Source: Octopus sinensis
Lineage: Eukaryota
DNA length: 64,000 nt
Assembly (NCBI RefSeq): GCF_006345805.1
Contig: NC_043006.1
Location: 14,198,001-14,262,000, forward strand
Reading direction: 5' to 3'
Below the pieces are notes generated by a model, which had not been told where the DNA came from, did not search any database, and saw nothing but the letters and a program-made list of their open reading frames with translations. The number at the start of each line of letters is the position of its first letter. The stretch's first letter is position 1. Shown here piece after piece: positions 1 through 12,018 of the stretch. Made by a program: the position numbers and the translations under genes.

Positions 1-404
1 CCAGCTCGCCACCTTAATCTTTCTTAGCTTCATGCGTCTTCTCAAGCACAGCAGATCACCAGAAGTGTCGGTTGTTTGTCATCGCCTTTGTGAGACTCAA
101 CAACTGAGGATCATATTTCACCACCTCATTCCAGATTTTCCTGGGTCTGCCTATTCCACAGGTTCCCACCTCGATTAGAAAGCAGCACTTCATCCTCCAA
201 ATTAGAGTTCAGTACATCTTCCATCAAATTAAGATTTTCAAAGATTTTACAGCAATATAAAGACAAGGAATGATACAAGCAGACTGCTGGCAACCAGATC
301 TTACTTTTTATCTCTCATCAATATGATCGAATATTTGTTCAGTATTCATGTTGATATACAAGTTGTAGTAATCATTACAATATTCTTGTTTATTATAGCA
401 AGGT

Positions 405-620
405 CATTGCCAGTACCACCCGACTGGTCCCCATGCCGGTGGCACGTAAAAAGCACCCACTACACTCTCGGAGTGGTTGGCATTAGGAAGGGCATCCAGC
501 TGTAGAAACTCTGCCAGATCAAGACTGGAGCCTGGCGCAGCCATCTGGTTCGCCAGCCCTCAGTCAAAATCATCCAACCCATGCCAGCATGGAAAGCGGA
601 CGTTAAACAATGATGATGAT
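405..620 (+). mobile_element. RTE 3'-UTR fragment with (GAT)n tail
   Basis: GTGCCGGTGGCAC...GGAAGGGCATCCAGC...AAACAATGATGATGATG, matching the 3' end of the intact RTE. Confidence 0.85.
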
Positions 621-673
621 GTACAAAATAAAAACACAAAAGCAAAATGTATTAAGTAATTATATATTTTGGT

Positions 674-679
674 TTTATT
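674..679 (-). promoter_or_regulatory. Candidate poly(A) signal AATAAA of PHB2
   Basis: AATAAA on the minus strand about 145 nt after the stop codon, next to U-rich tracts; position-based only. Confidence 0.45.
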
Positions 680-822
680 TGCTTTTTGTTTACACAAATT
701 TAGAGAAAAAAAAAAAAAAAACTTCAATTTTTCAAACCAGTCTTACTACTGTAGTGGATTATGTATTCACGTGATTACATTTGGAAATTATGTTTCCAAA
801 AAGGAATAATGGTATGAATTTT

Positions 823-924
823 TTACTTTTTCAGACTGTTTGCAGACTCTCCAAATAAAGGATCCATAATGTTTAACATCAAGGAATTGGAATTCAAGAA
901 AGCCCGATTCTGAGAAGAAGCAAT
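823..924 (-). CDS. PHB2: Prohibitin-2 exon 8 (IASSQNRAFLNSNSLMLNIMDPLFGESANSLKK*)
   Basis: ttttgcag| acceptor; matches the PHB2 C-terminus (IA.SQNR..L....L.LN); TAA at 825-823. Confidence 0.93.
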   Translation of the reverse strand: MASSQNRAFLNSNSLMLNIMDPLFGESANSLKK

Positions 925-1090
925 CTGCAAAAAAAAAAAAGTACAAAATAAAATGCGTTGAAACGTGATGAAATACACTATTGTTGATGATGCTGAAACA
1001 CACACACACACAAAGTTAACACTGGTCCAGCAGTCTGATGCTAAAAAATGGTCCAACTGTGATCATCAAATCATTTTGTGTCTCAGAGAC

Positions 1091-1465
1091 TCATCATCAT
1101 CATCATCATCATCGTTTAACGTCCGCTTTCCATGCTAGCATGGGTTGGACGGTTCAACTGGGGTCTGGCAAGCTCGAAGGCTGCACCAGGCTCCAGTCAG
1201 ATCTGGCAGTGTTTCTACAGCTGGATGCCCTTCCTAACGCCAACCACTCCGAGAGTGTAGTGGGTGATTTTATGTGCCACCGACACAGGTGCCAGACGAG
1301 GCTGGCAGACGGCCACACTCGGATGGTGTTTTTATGTGCCACCAACAAAGGTGCCAGATGAGGCTGGCAGACGGCCACGCTTGGATGGTATTTTTATGTG
1401 CCACCGACACAGGTGCCAGACGAGGCTGGCGAACGGCCACGCTCGGATGGTGTTTGTTACGTGCC
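1091..1465 (-). mobile_element. RTE 3'-UTR fragment with about 59-bp tandem subunits
   Basis: (CAT)n tail followed by the conserved 3' end and repeated GTGCCACCGACAC units. Confidence 0.85.
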
Positions 1466-2229
1466 CTCTTTTTTTTTAAGGCATAAGAGAGATTAGCTGC
1501 TATTTCTAGCAAGTTGACTACCCGCACAGAAACTTCACACATTGGTTGATGAAAACATGATATAACTACCACAAGCAGGAATACTACAGTGGCATGGGTC
1601 AGACAGTGTCAGAGCTATGCCATCGGGAACTTCAGTTCCTGGTAGGGCCACTCAAGGTGGATTGGTCTAACACCAAGTGGTATTAGGGCCACAACCCGGC
1701 AGACGGGGCTCTGGTGAAAATCCTCGGAGTGTCTGTTTCGGCAACCGGCGGATCCTCAGTCGTTCTGTCCCTGCGTCTGCGGACAATCTGCGGCAAACAG
1801 GATGTCTCTACATGCGGGATTTTTGGGGACCGCTTGTCAAATCCACATATTCCCACAAAACTTCTTCCACTGCCATGGTTCGAGATGCCACGAGGGTGGT
1901 GGAAGAAGCCGACTCAACCCGCCCAGGGTGAATGTCGCCACAAGCGTGGACCGAGTATATTTTTATCCTTCCACCAACACTAAAGATGTTATGCCCAACT
2001 ACATCACAAGAGTCTGTTTTACTTTACACTGTCATCATTATTGTCATTTAATGTCCTCTTTCCATGAAGGCATGGGTTGGACCATTTGCCTCTATTTAAA
2101 TACATAGCTAAACTGAAAAATCATTTGAAGAGCATAGAGTAAAACCTACAATATTCTAAAGAGACTTAGTTTGGACAAAAAAAAATACCCAAAAAGTTAA
2201 GAAAAACCAATAAAATCAAAGATACATAC

Positions 2230-2307
2230 AGTTTTAGAAATTGATTGTGCAGCTCGTATCTTCCTCAACTTTAAATATCCAGGGTTTTGAGATATAGCAT
2301 TTCCAAG
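2230..2307 (-). CDS. PHB2: Prohibitin-2 exon 7 ([26 protein letters not shown])
   Basis: PHB2-specific [13 protein letters not shown] motif; AC acceptor and ACT|gtatgt donor. Confidence 0.96.
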
Positions 2308-2541
2308 GTAACAAGGTTAAAGAAAACAATATTTCATATTTTTTAAATAATAGATATTTTACTGCGTAAAATATGAGCATAAAACCTACTTGAAATATAA
2401 CAGTCCCTGTGAAAAAAAATGAAAGCCATGTGAAGTCTGAAAACTATTGGGGATTATTCTTTTAGAGCATAAATGATGGGGTCAGCTTTTGGTCCCCTTT
2501 ATCTCCTTCTTTCAGCTCTTAGTCAGTCCTTTCACATCAAT

Positions 2542-2968
2542 ACCTATTTCTTTACTACCTACAAGGGGCTAAACACAGAGAGGACAAACAAGGACAGACA
2601 AACGGATTAGGTCGATTATATCGACCCCAGTGTGAAACTGGTACTTATTTAATCGACCCCGAAAGGACGAAAGGCAAAGTCGACCTCGGCGGAATTTGAA
2701 CTCAGAACGTAGCGGCAGACGAAATACCTATTTCTTTACTACCTACAAGGGGCTAAACACAGAGAGGACAAACAAGGACAGACAAACAGATTAAGTCGAT
2801 TATATCGACCCCCCCCCCCCCAGTGCGTAACTGGTACTTATTTAATCGACCCCGAAAGGATGAAAGGCAAAGTCGACCTCGGCGGAATTTGAACTCAGAA
2901 TGTAGCAGCAGACGAAATACAGCTGAGCATTTCGCCCGGAGTGCTAACGATTCTGCCAGCTCATCGCC
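2542..2968 (-). mobile_element. MetaSINE-like family B, tandem dimer, inside the AT-AC intron
   Basis: Meta-type GCCTTTCATCCTTTCGGGGTCGAT...GTACCAG domain; body duplicated. Confidence 0.8.
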
Positions 2969-2972
2969 TTAA

Positions 2973-3193
2973 CCCTTTCGGTACCAACCTGGCTGAAACC
3001 GGCTCAGGCCCTCTAGTATAAATGTCTTGTTTTCGTTAGTTTTGATTTCAAATTTTCCACCAAATCTAAGTCACAATTTATGTTCCTAACACTAGCTCAA
3101 TGATAACGATGCTATTTTACTAAATTCTTTGTTATATTTAAAGTAATTGAAAGAAATACAGAGCATCTCAAAATAAATACAGTAACGAAAGGG
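2973..3193. mobile_element. piggyBac-type MITE inside the AT-AC intron
   Basis: TTAA|CCCTTTCG...CGAAAGGG|TTAA. Confidence 0.8.
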
Positions 3194-3355
3194 TTAAATG
3201 TTTAAACTAATAAGTCAACATTATTGTGATATCATCAGGAGTCAATCATCAATAAAGACAGTATCAACCGTCAATAAATAAAGCAAGGTTTCTTGCTTCA
3301 AGATCAACCAACTGAAATAGAGAAAGGAAAACACACAAACGGAATAAAAGGATAT

Positions 3356-3463
3356 CATTTTTGCGGCTTCGGCTTCACCTTCAGCCTGTACGATCTTCTG
3401 TTGACGTTCCTGTTTGGCTTTTTCTACAACAAACTGAGCCCGCTGAGCTTCTTGCTGGGCAAC
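3356..3463 (-). CDS. PHB2: Prohibitin-2 exon 6 ([36 protein letters not shown]; coiled coil)
   Basis: Hallmark motif; ttctag| acceptor; ends at the U12 donor |ATATCCTTTT. Confidence 0.96.
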
Positions 3464-3825
3464 CTAGAAAGACCAAAATAAACAGGGGTCCATCAGAAAG
3501 GTCACACAGAGGGGTTAAATTAAACGATGGTGGGAGAATACATAGAGGAAATGAGAGTGGAAGATGGGAGGGAAAGCAATAAGAATTACTATGGGAAAGA
3601 ACAAAGGAAATGGCAATGGGAGAGGTGGGATCGTAGTGTAAGCAGTGACCAACAAAATTGTTGTGGTGGGAGGTAAACTTTATAACAGATTTAACTTTTC
3701 TAGGACCACCTCATGAGACAAAAATTTCTTGTTTTAACACTTTAGTTACCATACCTCTTTCAAACTTCACTGCCTTTTCATTAAATTTTGAAAAATAATC
3801 AAGAAATTAATAAAATAACTTGACC

Positions 3826-4223
3826 AGGCATAGGAGTGGCTGTGTGGTAGGTAGCTTGCTTATGAACCACATGGTTCTGGGTTCAGTCCCACAGTGTGGC
3901 ACCTTGGGCAAGTGTCTTCTACTATAGCCTCGGGCCGACCAAAGCCTTGTGAGTGGATTTGGTAGATGGAAACTGAAAGAAGCCCATCATATATATATAT
4001 GTGTGTGTGTGTATGTTTGTGTGTCTGTTTGTTCCCCCAACATTGCTTGACAACCGATGCTGGTGTGTTTACGTCCCCGTAACTTAGTAGTTCGGAAAAA
4101 GAGACCGAAAGAACAAGTACTAGGCTTACAAAGAATAAGACCTGGGGTCGATTTGCTTGACTAAAGGCAGTGCTCCAGCATGGCCACAGTCACATGACTG
4201 AAAGAAGTAAAAGAGTAAAAGAG
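3826..4223 (+). mobile_element. tRNA-derived SINE family A (CORE-like CCTTGGGCAAG, internal TA/TG microsatellite)
   Basis: A/B-box-like head GGAGTGGCTGTGTGGTAAG...GGGTTCAGTCCC; tail GTAAAAGAG repeats; many copies in the window. Confidence 0.85.
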
Positions 4224-4409
4224 TTTAAGGTGGAGTTTAGAACAAAAATTAGAATGAAATTTTGAAGGTTTTAGTTTAGGTCACATTAAAAGGGGAAGTC
4301 TGTACCCTAAAACCAGCGAGGTGATCTTAGGCAGGTTGACATTAAAAGGGTTAAAATGTTGGGGAGGGAGGCAGACAGACAGACAAGAGAAAAACCTTCT
4401 GAAGCTAAC

Positions 4410-4595
4410 CTGTTTAGATTCTACGGCGGCTGTGTATTCCCGACCAAAACTCAGCTCTGTAATGGAGACGTCATCAAGGATGATGTTAAAATCCTTTGCA
4501 CGGTTGTGTAGTTCTCGTCGGATGAGCACACTGACCTGTTGTCGCTGGGTTATCAGTTGAGAGGCATTAAATTTGGCAACAACACTTTTCAGAAC
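4410..4595 (-). CDS. PHB2: Prohibitin-2 exon 5 ([20 protein letters not shown]...[12 protein letters not shown])
   Basis: Hallmark prohibitin sequence; ctccag| and CAG|gttagc splice sites; phase 0. Confidence 0.97.
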
Positions 4596-5180
4596 CTGGA
4601 GAGAGAAAAAAAATCAAAAGGCTTTTACATATGCTTTCTACTATAGAAAAAAAGGTCTGAACTTTAGGGGAAGGGACAGCCAGTTACATCAACCCCGAAG
4701 CATAACTGATACTTAATTTATAAACCCCAAAAGGATGAAAGGTAAAGTCAACCTCAGCGGAATTTTAACCCACAACATAAAGACAGACGAAAAAGGCTTT
4801 AGCATATAAGTACAAAGGTTGATAGACACAAATAGGCTTAATACATATATTTACATGGAATACAAAATCTATATATATATATAACAAAGTGGAGTTGTGG
4901 GGTACCGCACGAGTGGAATTATATACGAAAGAAGGTTTGAAAATGCAATTTAAAAGATGTTTATTTACTTTACCGGTTTCACTCTTTGGAAAAAGATTGT
5001 CAAAAATAACATGTGGCAGTTTGGTTGCATTAATTATTGGTTGTTGCAAATTGCTACATTACATATATACAGTCTTTGGTAACAGGGACATGTTAAGGAC
5101 ATAAAAAAGTTCAACAAGTTCCTTAAAATATTGGGCACAAAAGATTACTACATAAATAATCGTTCTCAAGGACATACTTA

Positions 5181-5213
<33 letters not shown>

Positions 5214-5218
<5 letters not shown>

Positions 5219-7454
5219 TATTATAAAAGGCAGATTTTATCTGCCTCCCTTTGTCTCTTATAGAAATCTACAATATAGGATTTCTTCAATTACAATTTAC
5301 CTAGCATTTTTAAGAGTATAATACATCAGGTCGTGCCAGGTCCAGTTTTTCAAATTTCAACCCCAATTAAGCAAAATTTAGAGAAAACTCACATTGTGGT
5401 GTGTAAGTGAAGTGCTTTTCTTAGTGTGGGCTACAGCACACACACACACAAACGGAGCAAACTGCTTCACTGATGCTATCACCCTAATTTCTCCTCCTTT
5501 CTCTTTGCAAGTGTTGCACCATTAAAGTGAAAGTATTTATATAAACGAGAGAAGTGTACCTTAAACCACTACTCAAAAAAAAAAACAACGCAGCAAACAG
5601 AAACAAATAAATACATAACGATTTATCCTCACACAATTTCTTCAATTAGAGTTTACCTATGATTTTTCAAAGTACTTCCATTCGGTCATGGCATACAAAA
5701 TTTCTTTCAATTTCACCCCCATTTCAGAAAAATTCGAGAAAAGAAAAGAAAACTAAATATTTTCATTTCACTCTTTCACTCTGCATTCCCACTTCCTCTT
5801 TACACACATAGACACGCAAATATATAAATAAAATTGTAAGCTAACGTGTGTGTGTGTGTGAGGGTGCGTGTGTGTGCGTGAGTGTGTGACAGGAAAGTTT
5901 TTTAGGACGAATATAAGATCTAAAGTATATCCAAGTAGCAGAAAGATCGCCCAAAAGTGTATATAGATATTTAAATGTATTTATATATTCATCTATACAC
6001 ACATGTATGTATAATGTGTGTGTATATATTTCCATAGAGGTAACCTTTCACTCCATACAAAGTTTTTTAGGACGAAAATAAGATCTAAAGTTATCTCTAA
6101 GTAGCACAAAGATCGCCCAAAAGTGTATATAGATATTTAAATGTATTTATATATTCATCTATACACACATGTATGTATAATGTGCGTGTATATATTTCCA
6201 TAGAGGTAACCATTCAATCGATACAAAGTTTTTTAGGACGAAAATATTTATATATAAAAGAAAGGTTGTGTGTCTGTCTACTCCGATTTAGATTCCTAAC
6301 TACTCCCACATTTTGCGATGCAGTTTAACCAAAACCGGGTATCTTATAGTCGTGATTCATATCGAGCCCTTCTGGGTATTAGCACGCGTCTGATGAGTCT
6401 ATGATTTTACAAATAAATTACCATCATTTTTTCCATTTTAATGCATATTTTTTTAAATAAACGGAAGTAACTCTCAAACTTCACACCAATATGCGTGCTC
6501 ATATGCGACGTAATATCACATCAGCAGCATTTCCTCACACACCCTCCTTGCACTTGGCGAAGGCAAAATACCAGGGGATGAAAATGGTAATATTGCCATC
6601 GATTCCATTTGTACCATTGTTAAGACGCCTTCTGATCTCAGAGATGCAGTGTTCCCAGATCTACAAGCTAATTATCAGAATATGGATTGGATTGGCAAAA
6701 AGGCTATACTGGCCCCGAGGAATAAAACTGTTCACCATATTAATGATGAAATGCTAAAACTCATTCATGGGGAAGTCTATGTATATCAGTCTATCGATAC
6801 AACTCCTCACCAGAGGACGTCATCAACTATCCAATAGAGGTACTCAATTCCTTTGAGCACCCCGGACTACCACCACACTTTCTCAAACTTAAAGTTGGTG
6901 CCCCTATAATGCTCATCAGAAATTTGGTTCCCCCAAAACAATGCAATGGCACACGTTTGATCGTTAAGTCCTTATCTCCCACCGTAAGCTTATATCAATA
7001 TTTGCCTGAATAATCATCATAATTCAGTGCAATCATTAACAGTACTTTCAAGCAATTCAGCCCCGAGCAACGCCAGGCAATTCTGCTAGTATATATATAA
7101 ACGGCAAAATGTTCTGTGAGCGTGTCCTTTATACAAATCCACAATTTTTCAGTTAGAGGGCTCGCACTTTCTATGGTCATTCAAAACAATCCAAGGGTGG
7201 TCGTGCACATCTTTACATTTCCCCAGTCACCCCGCAAAGCCATTAAAAAATCAATAGAAGTGACTTTTTTGTGAATTTTCTATCCAAAAACCCAATCAAA
7301 ATGCGCGAAACTTGATACGCCAATTGAATGCCAGCTAGCTGTATGTGATTGGTCATCAGAGATTTGGACAGTACTCGCGTGTATGTGCGCACGCACGCAG
7401 CTGTATATGCATGCACTAGCACTATGACCCAGCGTTGCCGGGTCATAGTGCTAG
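5214..7454 (+). mobile_element. Composite non-autonomous Helitron, copy A (PHB2 intron 4)
   Basis: A|TC...CTAG|T insertion; Pif1-helicase fragment (about 6500-6990, frameshifted); internal terminus hairpin+CTAG at about 7060-7089; two 165-bp repeat units. Confidence 0.9.
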
Positions 7455-7979
7455 TACAGAATAAAGAATACAAAGTAAACAAAACAAGTTACGTAACAGT
7501 CTTATCTCAACAGCTGTTTCGAGGGCACCATGACCTATGCTTTGACCACATTCATACATAATAAAGATCTATGATGTCATAGGTGTATATAATAACTCAA
7601 GTTCCTATGGACCCTTTAGGGGAAGCCAGATCAACCTAATCAGAAGAGCATGCCTAACTTTCTATGCTAGAGACACACTGGAATATGTAGCACATCACCA
7701 CTCCCCTTCTATCTTTGGCTGCTTTGCACACACAACCCCACCCCTGCCATTTTTTCCATCTTTTTAAAGTGTATATTAGTTTCCATCTATCTGAATGAAC
7801 ACTACCTCATAGATATCTATACCATGCTTGCTTTGCATTCTGCAAAACAGTGTGTGTGTGTACACATATATGTACACACCAATACACACTATATACATTT
7901 ATAAACATACATACTATATATGTGTGTGTGTGTGTGTGTATATATAGGTAATAATAATATAAATAATATATAAATATAT

Positions 7980-8210
7980 GCATATATACATACATATATG
8001 TACATACCTACATCTATGTGCATATATACATGCATATATGGGTAGAGGACATCAAAAAAAAACGTTGAACACAATGAGAAACGAAAACATAAAAACAAAA
8101 ACATAGAAACGAACTTTTTTTTCAAACAACGAAAAAAACAGAGAAACAAGACATACAACACAAGGAATATTCCCCTTTCTTCAGTTGTCCCTGTTTCATC
8201 TACTCCGCGC
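7980..8210. repeat. Unclassified interspersed repeat (second copy at about 29290-29500)
   Basis: Shared ...GGACATCAAAAAAAAACGTTGAACACAATGAGAAACG...CAAGGAATAT sequence. Confidence 0.7.
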
Positions 8211-8379
8211 TTATACACACATGTATATACACATATATATAAACACATGTGTATATAAACATGCACACACCATACACATTGCCATATATACTTTATGTTT
8301 ATAAACATACCACACACGTTGCATGAAGTATGTTTGCGTGTTTGAAAGTAATTGTAACTTCAAAAAAAAAAGATTTAGC

Positions 8380-8777
8380 AAATGCCCTTTTGAATAACTG
8401 CTGTTGCTGTTGAGCGAAGCGGTCTTCGTCCCAGAGCTCGTAGTGGGAGAAGTCCGAAACGTAGTCCTTTGCTATTCGTAAGACCCGCAGAAGAGAAAGC
8501 AGGTCAACCCCTCGACACCGAGAGCATCGACGGATGGATGAATGCGCATCCAGGCTCAACGGTTGCGTAGGAAGTCGGGGACAAGAAACAGGAGGAAAGA
8601 GTGAGAGAAAGTTGGGGCGAAAGAGTACAACAGGGGTCGCCACCACCCCCTGCCGGAGCCTCGTGAAGCTTTAGGTGTTTTCGCTCAATAAAAACACAAC
8701 GCCCGGTCTGGGAATCGAAACCGCGATCCTCCGACAGCGAGTCCGCAGCCCTAACCACTGGGCCATTGCGCCTCCAC
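8380..8777 (-). mobile_element. tRNA-derived SINE family C, tail type 1
   Basis: Head GGAGGCGCAATGGCCCAGTGGTTAGGGC...GGTTTCGATTCCC with A/B boxes. Confidence 0.8.
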
Positions 8778-8925
8778 TAACTGGTGCTGCTTCAAAGAAA
8801 CGAGAGTGGAGAGGGGAGCTAAAACGTGTGTTTAAACCAATTCGGTTTTACTAAAATCAGAGCAGGCTAAAGGGAAACAACTCTTTCTAATAATGTAACA
8901 CACTCACCGGTAAAATTTCCACTTA

Positions 8926-9333
8926 TTTCTTACTCTTTTACTTGTTTCAGTCATTTGACTGCGGCCATGTTGGAGCACCGCCTTTAGTCGAGCAAATCGA
9001 CCCCGGGACTTATTCTTTGTAAGCCCAGTACTTATTCTATCGGTTTTTTTTGCCGAACCGCTAAGTGACGGGGACGTAAACACACCAGCATCGGTTGTCA
9101 AGCAATGCTAGGGGGACAAACACAGACGCACAAACATACACACACATACATATATATATACATATATACGACAGGCTTCTTTCAGTTTCCGTCTACCAAA
9201 TCCACTCACAAGGCAATGGTCGGCCGGAGGCTATAGTAGAAGACACTTGCCCAAGATGCCACGCAGTGGGACTGAACCTGGAACCATGTGGTTGGTAAGC
9301 AAGCTACTTACCACACAGCCACTCCTGCGCCTA
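8926..9333 (-). mobile_element. SINE family A
   Basis: Full-length reverse copy. Confidence 0.85.
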
Positions 9334-9839
9334 TTTTTATTTCCCTAAAATTTTCGTTGCGTCTTGCAACCTTTTCAATACTTTCCAAGACGCAACAAAA
9401 ATTTTAGAAAAGTGGAAATTTTACTGGTGAGTGTGTTACATTATAAGGCACAAAAAGAAAATGACTTTCCCCAGACACAACAGAATATGCTTCAACACAC
9501 GAAAGAATCTTGCAAAACAAATAACTCTTTCTTAATTTGTTTCTAAACAAAATAAAATAAACGACCCCGCCCTGCTTAATTTTTCATACAATACTTTCAG
9601 GGGGCAAAAAACCCCCGAGTCTTGAAAGCATCTCTACAGTGAATTTGAACATTCTGAGACATGACTTCACGACTCATTCCATTATACAATTAGCATAATC
9701 ATTCAACACCATTCATCATCGTTTCAATGTATTTTTCTTGTTGGCAACCCTCATCGTTTACAAGCAAAGTAATATTTCCCCCCATAGTAAAGGCGAAATT
9801 ATCACAGGACGAAATGCTTACCACACAGCCACTCCTACG

Positions 9840-10790
9840 CCTATACTGTAAAGAAACTCCATACAGTGTCCCAGTACAAATTGTGGACACATAAGAGGTG
9901 AAGCAGTATCACCGGAAGACTAACAGAGAAAGTAGTCTTTATGTGTGGCAGATGTGGAACTACATTAAACACCAGGAATTAGCAAAAAAATAGACTCCTC
10001 TAAATATCGGGAGGAATCCTTAGAAATAGTAGAGTTTCCATTACTTGGGTGACCGAGTTAGTAGTTGGATGATTTGACTGAGGTCTGGAGAGCCAGTGGC
10101 TACACCAGGTTCCAATCTGGTCTGGCAGAGTTTCTACAGCTGGATGCCCTTCCTAATGCCAACCACTGTTAGTCTTCCAGTGATACTGCTTCACCTATTA
10201 TGTGTCCACAATTTGCACTGGGACACTGTATGGAGTTTCTTTACAGTATAGGCGTAGGAGTGGCTGTGTGGTAAGCATTTCGTCCTGTGATAATTAGTTA
10301 GTAGCATAACTGCTAGACTAAGAATAGGCAGGGCAAAGTTCAGAGAGCTACTATCTCTGTTAGTAACAAAGGGCCTCTCCTCCTTCAGAGTGAAAGGCAG
10401 ATTGTATGATGCATGTGTACAAACAGCTATGCTATATGGCAGTGAAACATGGGCTGTGACTACTGAAGATATGCAAAGGCTTGAAGGAAATAAAGCCAGT
10501 ATGCTCCACTGGATGGGTAATGTCAGTGAGCATATACAACAGGATGTAAGTGATTTCAGAGGAAAACTGGGTACACAAAGAATCAGATGTAGTGTGCAAG
10601 AGAGAAGACTGTGCTGTTATGCTCATGTAATGCATCTGTATGAAGGTAGTTGCATCAAGTGGTGCCAATTTCTAATTGCAGAGGGAACATGAGGGAGGGG
10701 TAGACCCCAGAAAGACATGGAGTGAACTGATGAGAAAGGATCTCCAAACATTGGGCCTCACAGTGAGTATGACAAAGACTGAGATTCCTG
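9840..10790 (+). mobile_element. Degenerate older RTE 3' fragment with internal rearrangement
   Basis: Frameshifted homology to the intact RTE: PHD remnant, LEIV..F.YLGD, KGRLYDACVQTAMLYGSETW, GRPQKTW. Confidence 0.85.
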
Positions 10791-11385
10791 GTGTATTGCT
10801 GTGCTTTAGTGTTTGCATTATTCTGCCAAAATTAATCCTTTTTAATCCACATTGTTTTGAATTAATCATGCATTATCTTGTAGCTATGAGATTTTGATGA
10901 GGTAGCTGTTAATTTTTAAAACGATATTGTAGGGTTGGTGTGAGAGACCAGATCTGGCCAGTTTGACCATAAAAAAGGCAGAATACTTTTGGCCGGATAT
11001 GGCCGGTTTAAATGCTAAAGGGTTAAGACAAGTCAAGCTAAGTAAAAGCATGGTTGTCCTTGCATACAGCATGTCCCCAGCATCCCTCTCCAACTGAGCA
11101 TTCCTAATCTTGTGGTCGCCGATGCCATGTAAAAAACAACCATACCGGTATCACAAAAACACACCTATACCGATCCTGCATAAAAGCAGCCAATACACTT
11201 TGCAAAGCGGTCGACAGTAGGAGGAACATTCAGTTGTAGACTGGAACCCAGGCATTTCTTCAGGTGACCAGCTTCTGTCAAACCATCCAACCCATGCCAG
11301 CATGGAAAACGGGTGTTAAATAATGAATTCAAACCTTAAATTTTGGATAAGATCTGAAATAAGTTCTAATAGATCATTATATCTG

Positions 11386-11537
11386 TGTGGTTGGCGTTAG
11401 GAAGGGCATCCAGCTGTAGAAACTCTGCCAGATCAAGACTGGAGCCTGGTGCAGCCATCTGGTTCGCCAGCCCTCAGTCAAAATCGTTCAACCCATGCTA
11501 GCATGGAAAGCGGACGTTAAACGATGATGATGATGAT
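11386..11537 (+). mobile_element. RTE 3'-terminal fragment
   Basis: Conserved 3' end plus (GAT)n tail. Confidence 0.8.
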
Positions 11538-11654
11538 GAAATTAGATTACTACAGCTTTTACATGACTACTGATTCAACTGATAAAAAAACCATCTATAA
11601 CAAAAAAAAAAAATTAACCATGCACCTAATTTAAAACAAATACTCGTTCCTTAC

Positions 11655-11779
11655 CTCGTTACAAATTGATGGTAGGACCCGCTCTTCATAATCTAATCCC
11701 AATCGTCGGTACATGACAGGTAAATGCATAGCATCTGGCCGAGAGAGAACTCGGAGAGAAATATTAACCATTTGTAAAT
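11655..11779 (-). CDS. PHB2: Prohibitin-2 exon 4 ([42 protein letters not shown])
   Basis: SPFH/Band-7 domain motif [12 protein letters not shown]..., [12 protein letters not shown]; ttgtag| and GAG|gtaag splice sites. Confidence 0.97.
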
Positions 11780-12018
11780 CTACAAACAAAAAAAATATCA
11801 ATTGATATAATTAGAAAATAAAAGGTAGGTTTATTTTTATGCTATTTCAAAACAACAGAATTGCAAACTGAAGAATGTTTGCAATTAGAAAATAGAATAT
11901 ATAAGCATACATGAAATTACAAGAGTTTTTTTTATATATTTTTTCAATCAAAAATATAAACCACTGATCAAGTTTTAATATTTCACTAATTATGTTTGGC
12001 AATGTTAAGGATTTCAAA

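Larger units (their letters stand above)
2308..3355 (-). other. U12-type (minor spliceosome) AT-AC intron 6 of PHB2, 1048 nt
   Basis: 5' site ATATCCTTTT (3355-3346); branch site TTCTTTAAC (2324-2316); terminal AC (2309-2308). Joining restores [15 protein letters not shown] in frame. Confidence 0.93.

Noticed and set aside
1725-1775. Hammerhead-like CUGAGGA...GAAAC on the minus strand
   Set aside because: Stems II and III cannot close (U-C and C-C mismatches), and there is no GUH site.
4281-4409. ORF-track extension of PHB2 exon 5 (VSFRRFF...)
   Set aside because: Intronic read-through past the CAG|gttagc donor; exon 6 supplies the conserved VAQQEA.
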